A DNA stretch of 64,000 nt from Takakia lepidozioides (Eukaryota > Plantae > Bryophyta), in contig CM060731.1 in NCBI GenBank assembly GCA_030704615.1, positions 31,000,001 through 31,064,000 of the forward strand. The letters run 5' to 3'. The translations under genes were made by a program, and so were the position numbers. Below the pieces are notes generated by a model. The model worked only from the letters and a program-made list of their open reading frames with translations, did no database searches and was not told where the DNA came from. Below are positions 53,150 through 64,000 of this stretch, piece by piece. Position 1 is the first letter of the stretch; each line of letters begins with the position of its first letter.

Positions 53150-54946
53150 GAACCATTAGAACCTACGGCAGTCACATGGCTGGAACAGCTGCACACCCTT
53201 CAAAGCCTTGTTGCCCATTTCGTTCAAGTCGGGAACTGACCACCTCCTGCTTTTCCAGCCAGATAAGACCACTGTTCAATTTCACCACTCTGCTTACTGA
53301 CCCACCCTGACGGTTACTGTGGAACATGATACTGATGTAGGCATGTGAGACCACTCTAGCCAAGCCTTGAGCTTATTTGCTTTCCATGCCTTGAGCTTAT
53401 GACCACCAAAATGGCTTTTGCCACTGGATTTTCAATCCCACACGATCACTCAAGCTACTTTTGCTGTCTGCGTGTCTCCCCCGTCCCCCAATTTCCACCA
53501 CTTCGTACCCTGTGATCAGAAACCAAGAGACTTGAAAGCATGTACCTGCAAGCTCCTTCCCAGGGGAGGATGCCTCTTCTTGCCCTCTCTCCTCTGTTGC
53601 TGAAGGCTGTGGGGCCATGTGACCTTGGGCACCTGCTTCCCCATTCTCATTGGTTGATCTCTCACCTTGGACTTTTGCATCAGTAAGCAACAGACCCTTT
53701 CTCATGTCCCCTTGATGGTGCTCCTGGATTGACAGCACCCCAATCTTTGTACCACGCCTAAACCCTAAACTCTACATACCGAGCTCTTCCCGATGTAGGG
53801 CCACCATGCCCAGCTCCAGCCTCACTTCCTGCATGCTTGAGGGAGGGTACATGAGCTGCTAATCATTGGACAGTAACAAATACAGCTAATCCAACATGGT
53901 CACAGTTACATGGACTTCCATAACAATCACCCATCTTGCCCATCTCCCCTTCTTTCCCCTGCTCGGCCAAATGACCCACTGCAAACTGGTATACATCTCT
54001 GGCCATGCAAGGGTGTTTAACTTCAGAGAGACCACAGACGACTACATGCAAATGGATGGCCGGAATGTGGGCCAGAAGACGGCAACTCCTCAACAGAACA
54101 TTGCTTATATCTTGTGGTCGCCTAGAAGGGAATGGAGAAGAGGAATGGTGAGTGAGAAGTCAAATTTCCTCTCGGGGATCAGAATCTATGATACAGGAGG
54201 GCCCAAAAACAACTGCTAGCACCACACCCTCTACGAAGCATCTAAGCTCCAATTGCAGAGGCTTTACCTTCTTCCTGCTACAAGAAGTAACTAACACTCC
54301 CCTCGGTGATTTGTAGTCAGAAGCAGCCTTCTCCACCTGTCGCCGCTCCAGCTGGAGAGCTCTGCACTGGGCAAAATCTTGGTGGGTTTTCCAACTCTTC
54401 CAGGAATGCCAAGTAATCTGGATCTGTGGCAGCCAGTGTCAGAAGACAATCCGTAGGCCCCTAACAGGCCAGACTGCAACAATAGCTAACAATGTTGACC
54501 CCCCTCCACCTGTCTCCCTCTAGTTAGCTGCTGTGATCCAAGAGGTCCCTAACTGCTTGAGAATCCACCCTATCCACCCCCAGGACTAAATACCAACCAT
54601 GCATTTAAGGAAAATATTAACCTAAATATAGAACATGCGATCAAAGGGATAGTTTCATTGGGGGCGTAACCTTTGGCAAGAGTTCCCTCCCGGACATCCT
54701 TTTTGGATCGAGGTCTTGGCACTCCTTGATATGGGGCATACTCCACCGATGCCTTATACTGGGTCCCTGTGGCCAAGAAAACTCTATCCTCTGTAATGCA
54801 GCCGATTGACATAGGGACAGAGAGGAGAGATTCAATATGCTGCCCTACAGAAAAATGAATGGCCATCCAAATCCTCGTAGAAATCAAGAACATCCTCAAG
54901 TTTCTTGAAGCTGATGTATGCCCTTGCAAAAACCTGGCGCTTATGG
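53150..54946 (-). pseudogene. UPF3: UPF3 (Smg-4/UPF3 NMD factor) pseudogene with introns
   Basis: HKRQVFARAYISFKKLEDVLDFYEDLDGH, GTQYKASVEYAPYQGVPRPRSKKDVREGTLAK|DPDYLAFLEEL...LPSAE..QLERR. Frameshifts, an apparently lost donor site, and no recognisable first exon. The recognisable core is 54335-54946; the downstream limit is approximate. Confidence 0.7.
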
Positions 54947-57109
54947 CTGCCGAAAAATCATTTAGACTAAATGCAAGGCCGTCATCAGAAACAATGGATT
55001 CACCTGAACAAACTCTTCTTGAAAGGTGCTGAGATTTTACTGCAAAATCTCATCAGAGACTGCGTAGGGTTTTAGACTAGACCTTTTCCTGTCCAAGCTC
55101 TCATTACTACAAAATTGCCTGCACCGTGTACACCCATGTTGACCACACTGACCTGAAAGTCCAATGTGATATTGCGTGTCTTCTGTGCAGTAGAGGTTCT
55201 ACTGGTTCACCTAAACCACCCCTTTTCTGAGCAGGAGCATGTATTGGAAATATTACAAGCTGACTTAAAGAAGCAAGACCTAAAGTCAGCAAATCGCATA
55301 GTGTCCACAAACCCTCAGCAAAGCTGTCAGTGTGAAAATCCAATATCCAATATCATGATCTCTATTGGTGATTGCTGTCGCCATCGTGACACTTCAGAAG
55401 GTAGTTGCAGTTGTAGTAGTGAGAAGATAAGTAATGCAGCAATGGTGGACTTGCATTTTGTGTTACATTATATTCCTAGAATAACACTGTCACACCACCT
55501 CATCAGGTTATGGCACCACCTTCCTAAATCATCCCATTGAAAAAAATGTTCAACTCCGTCGCAGATTCTCAGCCAGGAAGCTGGGCACTCCTTTTGTTTC
55601 TGCAGTCTGAACATGAATGCACGACAAGGCAAGGAGCACACAGGACCATGTTTCACGTGGATAATGGTAGATTCCATGCAAGACCTTCTCTAGTCACGGA
55701 TCGATGAGGACCGACGCCCATAATACAAGAGAAATTCAAGAAATGGAAATTACCAATGACAATAAGGAATTCCTTCTGACCATCCAGGAGAAAAGTTTTA
55801 TAGACATCCACCGCCGCGACCATCTACACTACGCCCTGAGGAAGGTTTGGCACGCACTTACGTTCTCTAGAAATTCAGATTGACTGCCTTATAAACCATT
55901 CATCCAATATAAAGTCCACCTTGAGTACGCACAACTTCCAAAAGCTGAGAGAGAGAGAGAGAGAGCATATTTTATAAAGACAAAAACCAATGGCGACGGG
56001 AAGAGACGGATCACCTGGATTTCCCAGAATAGAAAGCAATCCAGGTGTAGGAACCGGAATATTTGCATGCAATTTGCTCCTGAAAAGTTGAAGGCGACAA
56101 CGAAGCAGGGAGATGGCGCAACACCACCTTGGTACTCTTCACGATGCCCTCCCCTCTCTCCATCGCCATAGCCAGATTCCCCTTCAACCGAACCTACTCC
56201 CTAGCCTACCACCTAGCCTCGACCCAAGCCTGTTTCTTTTCGAAGCTGAAGCCAAAATGTCGTGGATGAAAAGTATTCATCAGAATCTCTTTGTTGATGC
56301 TCTTCTATGCTCAAGCACGTGCAACCCCATGCTAGGACCGTCTGTGGTCAGTAGCGGTTCGAACCCATACCACCTGACTAATTAGCACCATCCAAGTGGG
56401 CTACCTACTACCTACCTCTCATATAACTAAAAGATAGCGACGAGATAGTCTCGTGACAGCCGCCCTCGATTACACCAAAGTCCACAGATAGAAAGCTGAT
56501 CTAAACCGTTCATCTTCCATCTCTATGAATTACTGTGCCGTCGATTCTAAGATCCCGAACGGTTAGGATCGCGCATAACTGAACTCTACAGACGCGTCGC
56601 TTGGAGTGCGCGACACTTGGCACGGTTGTTTTTGCCTGCTGCCACGAAGAAGGCGAGGGCGGTGGGCGGCTGCGTCTTCCTCACGACCACCCGCCCGTTC
56701 TGAAGAAGCCTCGCGAAGACTCTCGTGTCGCGGTGGATGCGTGCTTGCCTATAAGAGAATCGTGCGGTCTTGGTCTACCCTAACTTTTAGACTCCAGACT
56801 TGTATTGTTGAGACCTTCAAACCCTCGAGATCATAGCCCCGATTAGTGTACCTGACATTTCAAACAACATTGTGTTCTTTGGTTGCATCACCAGAGACTC
56901 TCGCCATAACGTGTGTTCCCAGTGTGTTGCGCCTTGCTCAAGCCGGTCAAGTCGTCTTGTAGAAATCGGAGATCGCTAGCCTTTAGTTGAGCATATTTTT
57001 CTTTTCGTCTACTACATCTGAGCGTCTGTCTTGGAAAGCCCTTTTGGGGTTTGTTGCCTCTTGAAAGGTTATCTGTTTGTTTTGGGAAAACCTGTTTCTT
57101 GCTTGTAGG

Positions 57110-57934
57110 ATGGACTCGGCCGTGGGCCTGGCTGGACAGCAGGTGGTGTACCGAACTCCGAGGGAGGAGATGGCTCCTGTGAAGCGCAAGTGGAGAAACA
57201 GGGGTCCGAATCAAAGGTTCAGGAAAAAGTCTAAGACTCAGCCGAAAGGTCAAGTTCTGACACAGGCTGGAGTCTACGATCCGCCAAGATTGAGAGATTT
57301 GCAGCGGAAAAACCATTTGAAGACAAGGAAGTATTTCCCAAGGAGGAGGAAGAGTGTGCCTAGGGCTCCTTTCAATAACAGTTCGTTCCTGATGAGAGTT
57401 CGCCGTTCAGGGGGTTTGGCGTCGCTTGTCTCTCCTGCGACTCCCGCTTTCCTAACAACTTCCTCTTTTTCTCCTGCTCCTCAGTATAGAGAGGGCCTTG
57501 TGGAGGAGGTGAAAGAGTTCGGGGTTAATGGTTACGGGTCCATGACTGGTCTTATCCATCTTCGATCTTCTGATGAACCATCAAGTACTAGCACTGCAAG
57601 CAATGAAGTAAGTAACATGGGCAATAGACAGCCACCAGTCACTAACGCACAGTCTGTTCAGCAGTTGGAGCAGCGGCTTGATCGTGATGTAAGCCGGTTC
57701 GAAATGACTTACCCTACATCAGATACAGACAATAACTGCCAGCAGCAAATGGAAGTACGCCTTGAAGAAAAGGAAAGTCACATAGCATACTTGGAGGATG
57801 AGAACTTGACCCTGAAAGAGCGCCTCTTCTTGATGCAACAGGAATTAAACGAGCTTCGGCAAAGATTAGAGGGAGGTGTGTCTGTCGTGGTAGATGGGCA
57901 GGATGCTTGTTCTGATTATGGCAGTTCAGATTGA
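57110..57934 (+). CDS. Plant 'PRLI-interacting factor A'-type basic/coiled-coil protein (HEXIM-like motif order)
   Basis: APFNNSSFLMRVRRSGGLASLVSP, FGVNGYGSMTGLIHLR, RLDRDVSRFEMTYP and HIAYLEDENLTLKERLFLMQQEL are family-typical blocks. Single coding exon, preceded by a ttgtag acceptor-like site. Confidence 0.8.
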   Translation: MDSAVGLAGQQVVYRTPREEMAPVKRKWRNRGPNQRFRKKSKTQPKGQVLTQAGVYDPPRLRDLQRKNHLKTRKYFPRRRKSVPRAPFNNSSFLMRVRRSGGLASLVSPATPAFLTTSSFSPAPQYREGLVEEVKEFGVNGYGSMTGLIHLRSSDEPSSTSTASNEVSNMGNRQPPVTNAQSVQQLEQRLDRDVSRFEMTYPTSDTDNNCQQQMEVRLEEKESHIAYLEDENLTLKERLFLMQQELNELRQRLEGGVSVVVDGQDACSDYGSSD

Positions 57935-60713
57935 TGTGTTTGTCACACATGTCTGTTTGATGTGGCTTTTTCATTCGTTTGTGCTGCTCGGTGCTGTGAG
58001 GTGGCCTCTCCATTGGAGCTTTTGGAGTTGGCATGACATCAAGTGAGCGGGGGCCCACGGGATGCCTTCTTGATGATGTGCATGCCTCATCTGTAAGTGT
58101 CAGAAGCACTATATGCAAGTGTTCATCTTTTATGTACAGCTTTGCGCTGTAGGATATTCGTAAGGTGGACAACGATTCATAGTGGACATGTGCTATTTCT
58201 AGAACTCTATTGAACATAGCTGATAGTTTGGGATGAACTTCTCTACAGGTGGTTACCTCTAGCAAGCACGATCTCACGGTTGCCTTGAGGTGCCTGGAAT
58301 GGTAAGGGATTCACCCTACTGAGATCTATCTGCTAGCAGATGATGGCACGTCGCTCATTTAATGTCAGCTCGTTGGTGGTCGTCTGACCACTTATATGTC
58401 CGAACTGCTAGAGAGTGGAAATTTTGAGAGGTAGTTGTAAATAGCCTAAGGGTTACGAAATGAAAATTGTAGACGAACATGTATGCTCTAAGCAATATTC
58501 GCTTGCTGAACTTTCTGGCTCATCTTGTCTCTTGCAGCATGTTCCAAAAAAAATTGCACGCCAGATATGAATTGCAGTTCTCTTGATTATGGTATCCAGG
58601 CCTCTATGTACACTCTTATCTGTGCTGCAGGTCTTGAGTGTCATGATGGTCTTCTGGTATGTTGCAGTGTTTTTGGGGTGGGGGTTCAACTTCATGTGAT
58701 GTAGTTTTGTGAGCTTATGATCTTCATTCTGGACATGATTTAGCTTGAGTGTGCATGGACAGTTCTCCTAGTATGCTGTTCATGTCCTTGTTCTGGGTGA
58801 GATGTGACATTGGTAACTTTTTTGGAGTGGCAGGGCTCTCATGATATGTGCCTTGTGTTCCCCAAGTGGAAAAGCCTTCCGAAGAGGCAACCGATGTTGT
58901 CATGCAAGGTGATTGAATGGATTCTGATGGATAGAAGGTGGTGTACATAGTTTGGGTTGTGATCGGCAGTTTCCTGTGCATCACATGCTTTGAATGCAGT
59001 CTATTGATTTCCTAGCCTTGGGTTTCACACTTGAAAAAGGTGGGGTTGGCATTTATGTTTCTGTCTCAGGCTTCGGTGTCTGTTGCTGGTGAACAAGACT
59101 GCAACAAGTCTCTTTGAGGAGTTGCATGCATCTCATTTATCATCTTATCTGTCCTATGTATGTCTCTGTAGTGTTCGAATATAATATTATGATTGTGTTT
59201 TAATGATATTTGTCTTAGTTGTGGTCTGGAACTAGTATATGATTTTCTAACTGTTCTGATGGTACTGAATGAACTATTCAGTTTTTGTCATGAATCTTAA
59301 TTGGTTTTGGTAAAAATTTGGATGGTGTCGAAGTCCCTCACCACTGTTTTCAGTATTGAAAACTACTTTCAAGATGGATGATGGTGGGAGAAGGTTGTCG
59401 GAGTGGGATTTAGATCAGAGGGATGTGACATATAGTAAATCTCTCATAACCAGAAGAAATGGTTGTTATGTGAAAGGCAGAAAAGCAGGATGAGTCATGT
59501 TCCTTTTAGCTTTTGGTAGGGTGTTGAAGTGCTAGCGGTTTGTGTTGAAGGGCATGTATAGGGTATGTCATCTTTTGAAGTGGTTTTATTACCACAGTGA
59601 CCAGTACAATATGCACGGATGGGAGATTGCAGTGAACGGTTATCTGCGTTTGGAAGAATGTTTGATAAGTTGGAAAAAATTTTCACTACTTTTTGTTTTC
59701 TTTGGTTATCTGATTTTGGAAGAATGTTTGTAGTAGTTTTTTTTCACTACGCCTTGTATTCTTTGGAATCAGATGGATTTGTGCTTCAGATTTATGCTAT
59801 ATGTACGTCAGAGAGATAATGATGATTTCTTAGTTTACAACTGAAGGAAAGAGTAGTGTGATCTCTTGATGCAACCACTTCAGGTGTTTAGGAACTCTGT
59901 GGCCTATTTGCAAACGGCTAAGAGCTCAGGAGGGAAGAATAATAATTCTGACTGTAACATAACGCAATGGGTTTACACTTCACACTTAGTTGTAAATGAT
60001 AAATTGAACTAGATAGTGTTTAAGTACATTATGCTGACAACTGATGTCTGATGCCCACTGGTTGCCACATTTCATAGCTCTAACCATATGCTGAAAATTG
60101 ATGACATCGTCATCTTCCTGCGACACTTTATAGGTCCTCTTTAAATGTTTAAGAAAAATATTAATGGAATTCATGCAAGCTCTACTCTCTAGTAATTATG
60201 AATAGATAGTAAAAATCTGGATTATCACATTGTATTATACATATCGTGGTAAGAGGATTTGAGCCCTGAATCATCCGGATGGCTCGCAGGGTAATATCCT
60301 CATTTATTGCATAAGTCCAAACACCTGTTCATCCAGGAGATATTATTCATTAGAAATATGGACAAAATATTGTGGTGGCAACTGTCTGAATGGGAAGTTC
60401 CATTGAAGGTACGGGTGCTAAAGCAGCCGAAACCCTTTGCATAGTCCTGCCTGTAGGAAAGTAGGCCATCAGAATAAAGGATAAGTATTGGTTTCCTGGA
60501 GCGAGGTGCTCACATTACATAACCCACTCGAGCGACGAGGTATTGTATTCCACGAAATAAGCCCACTTGAAATCCAACACATGTTATTTTTTTCTTAAAT
60601 CCTTGCATATGATTATATCTTGAGGATTTGTATGGGTCTATAACATGAAATATGGTGAACTTATTTATTCAGCTATCTTATGGGGCTTTATTCATCTATT
60701 CGACTTCTATTAA

Positions 60714-61358
60714 CCCTTAAACGCCCGCGAGGTCGAAACTAAAGATTTTTTGGTAACCATAACTCTTTCAGATCTTGATCAAATTTTGCAAAATCAGGGC
60801 CGGATTTTCTCCCATCCTCTAGTTTGCAGATGGAAACCCTGATAGCCCTAATTCCTGATTAGCTAGTTGCAATTGCAATTTTTCTGGAGGTGGGGTATGT
60901 GGGGAAGCGTGGAGGTTCCCGTGTTGTGGTTGTGCACGCTCCAGTTCCTGCACGTTTGCAGGTGGTCTGACACCCCTGCTTAGACCGACCACCAGCAGAT
61001 TCTACTTGGCCAATTTGAGCACTTTTTGGCTTGTTGGATGTAGGATGTGGTGGGGATGATCACTGAGATGCATCAGCCCAATCGAGTTCCATCCCCTCAT
61101 CCAAATTTCAGGAAAAGCACTTGCAATTTTATTCTTATTCTTTTTGCCCCAAAAAATGCACCCCACATGCAATGATGGCGATTTTTTTATTTCCATCCGA
61201 TTGGCCTGGAATTTTGCAGGTGTATGCAGGGGGTAGTTAGGAAGATAATGTCTGGTCAAATTTCCAAAATTCCTTTTTTCTCGGATATTACAGGGTTTTT
61301 TCATCCCAAGGGTAATGATTTTGGGAAAAGTCAAACTTATCCAGTGGGCATTTAAGGG
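60714..61358. mobile_element. Non-autonomous piggyBac-like element
   Basis: TTAA|CCCTTAAACGCCCGC ... GTGGGCATTTAAGGG|TTAA: TTAA TSD, CCC/GGG ends, 13/15 TIR match. Confidence 0.75.
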
Positions 61359-61829
61359 TTAATTTATTATGTCAGGGTTTGTGTTTTTTTTGGCACCTTG
61401 CATGTGCAGAGCCCCCTAGGTACTAGTAAGTAGTAAGTGAGAGGGGGGAGAGCCCCTGACTCTTTTTATATATCCTCACAAGGTGGTGGGACCTTATAGA
61501 AGCCCGCTGGAGTTGTTAAGTAATTAATTACTAATTACTAATCATGGCTCTTTCATCACCCCCTACTATGAAGGAGTTGTTCCGGTTCGTAGCGCCTTTG
61601 CCATACTAGGGCAAAGTAGTACTGATTGGCTAAGGAGCCCTCAGCAGTGGGACCATTTTAGAAAGTCGCCTCCATCACGTACACTTCTCCGTCTACGGTT
61701 GGTGGGTACCACTGCTGCACTATCCATGTATTAATGTCCCTGGTATGGGGTGCGCAGTTTTCCGGGCCCTCTCCGAGCCCTCTTCTTAGCTTTAATAGAG
61801 GCGTTCCAGTTCCCTGTGGGCCCTAATTA

Positions 61830-62385
61830 ATTCCTGGACCACTCTCTAATCCCCACACCCCATTTCAAACCTGCCCCTTATTCAGCTTAGTTTGTTGTTC
61901 CCATTAATTAATATACCTGTTCATGTTTATGTTTTTTCTAAGGGGGCATGTTCCTGCATAACCTACCACTTATTATCTAGTGGTAACTTAGTAAGAACTA
62001 GATAGGGGGCTCTTGTTTACATACCCTCTCAGGACGGTGGGTCCCTTCTATAAGCCCGTTGAATCCTACGTGGTGGGACCCTTCTAGAAGGTTGTCCTCT
62101 GACGTGTGAGCCCTAGCGACCCTTCTTACCTTCTTATTTGCAACATGAACCCTCCCCCATTTAATAGCTGTCGGCTTCATGTCTTTTTTTTTTTTTTACC
62201 CCCATTTGCATGATGGTTATGAATTCAAGTTGTGGTGTAGCTTACTATATCACCCGCTTTATAATTCCTGGACTACCCTCTAATCCTCACACCCCCTTCA
62301 AACCTGGCCCCTTATTCATCTAACTTCAAACCTGGGCCCTTTATTCATTTAACTTCAAACCTGGGCCTTTATTCATCTAATTTCT
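61830..62385. repeat. Direct and short tandem repeats, probably from a transposable element
   Basis: cctggac.ac.ctctaatcc.cacacccc..ttcaaacctg.ccccttattca at ~61833 and ~62267; ttcaaacctgg(g)cc.ttattcat.taa three times at 62296-62380. Confidence 0.6.
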
Positions 62386-64000
62386 GAGGGGATAAAGATT
62401 ATGGGATGTTGAATATACAGCTATGGTCAGATACTTCCAAATACACCCAATTCCCCCACTTGCAGTCATTCAGCCTCTATATGTCCCTGTCTTTGGTTGG
62501 TCGATTTTAATTTTCAAATCAGTGGAGGTTCATTTCATCCCTATGACCTTTGCCCGGCCGCTTGCCGAAACAAACGCATACCCCATGAATTTGCCTATGA
62601 CGTGTATACACGTACATATATAATAGGCATGTGATAGTAGAGGACAAGTCCGTCACCCTCTGCAATGCTGCCACATAGTCGACACATGTGGCTGGTGCAG
62701 AGCTGCCAGGCAGCACTGCCTTACATCCTCAATCAGTTTGGGCCCACGTATGCAAATTTGGGCAGCTGAAGCGACACCCAAAATTGTTGTTTCTTTTTTA
62801 TCGGGGTTTTTATTTTTTCGATCTGCTTTGATGTTCGTTTCTACAAAATGGACAAGTTGATGAGGACATCGACTCCTTGTTGGTAGGGGTGTGTGTCGCA
62901 GCCCTTTGCCTTGAGGGCAAGGGGTCGGGACACAAAAGGGGCTGCCCCTGTGGTGGGGGCAGTGGCAACAATAGATACGGGGGATGAAGCACCCTTGAGT
63001 GCCCAAGATACTCAAGGAGGCGGAGGCGCTCACTAGGTGGGACCCCGCGCACCGGGTTGCGGTGGGGGTGGTTCCACGAGGGGTGGTGGTAGCTTAGTGG
63101 GACTTAGTGGAGGTAGCATAGGACTCACCATGGGGTGGAGACCTTGTGGTGGGAATCGTGGGGAGTCTTGGGACTCATCACAGTCCAATGGGGCCGTGGT
63201 GGGTGGGCTAAGACTCACCGCGACTCACCACCGGGAATGGAGGATCTTCGTGGTGGTTCGCCATAAAAGAATGGTGTTGTTTGTGAAAACCCTGTGGACA
63301 GTCACAGAAGTATATATATGGAGTAGTAACCCCGAGAACGGTGCAAGCCCGTTGGTGATCAAAAACTAGTGAGTAAGCGTGCAAGCCGGAAAGCGACCAA
63401 GGTGTGGGGAGCTGTTCCGGACTGCCAACAACCAAAGGGAATTTCCACTATGCCCGAATTGAGAGAGGGTCTTGTGGAGGAGCAAAGGGGGACTGTTATG
63501 TCCCGGTGAGCAGCTGAAGCTCCGAGTTGGCCCGGCGGCCAGTTTGGGAGTTAGGCACGCACATCAAAGCGAGTAACTATGACTTGAAGAGGAGCTCACC
63601 GAAGTGAGGTGTGCGACAGTCGTGGCAACAATTCGTTTTTGTGGTGTTTGGCGTTTACTAATATGCACGGTGGTTGGACAGATCCGGTGGCTCCAAATCT
63701 GGAATGGATCCCAGAGTACAATGGACATGTGGAGCTTCCCCAAACCCGACAAACTGTTTGACCCCACATTCGACATGGATGAACTGCATGACATGGTGGT
63801 TTCAGGTACTTTCCCATGCTTCATTTGGCGCTTCTACTCTTGTATCGGGTGGATTTATTGTATTTATTGAGGAATGCGGTCTGATGGAGAATCTCCATAG
63901 GTGACGACGAATGCGAAAGAGCAGCTTGACACCCAAGCACATCAGTTCAAGCTGGAGATTTCTGGTGAAGCAGAGAGCCTACTCGACTATGTGACGAGAT

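Overview
Eukaryotic nuclear DNA from a land plant, most likely a seed-free lineage. This is an inference from plant-type orthologues found together with a CVNH lectin remnant, an RTEX-type LINE and TTAA-flanked DNA elements. The genes, in order: a 3-exon rhomboid protease (-) whose first intron holds a stack of RTEX LINE 3' ends; a 5-exon ~736-aa gene (-, 7234-10973); an intronless cyclin L1 (+) followed by two decayed ~1.3-kb repeats; a long multi-exon NUP214 (+); a decayed Ty3/Gypsy pol with nested DNA transposons; a frameshifted cyanovirin-N-homologue (CVNH) gene; an L1 fragment; a nearly intronless, stop-disrupted SIK1/MAP4K kinase copy; a UPF3 pseudogene; and a 'PRLI-interacting factor A'-type protein. 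There are also several MITE-like elements (hAT, CACTA, piggyBac-like). The most striking candidate is the 7.2-11.0 kb gene. Spliced by hand, it reads signal peptide, canonical EF-hand, degenerate EF-hand, STIM-type SAM domain, FN3, hydrophobic segment(s) and a FYVE-like Zn finger. That is a STIM-like ER-luminal Ca2+-sensor module in a plant, where STIM is generally regarded as absent. The second candidate is the 57.1-57.9 kb protein, which shows HEXIM-like motif order. All homology calls come from recalled motifs, not from database searches.
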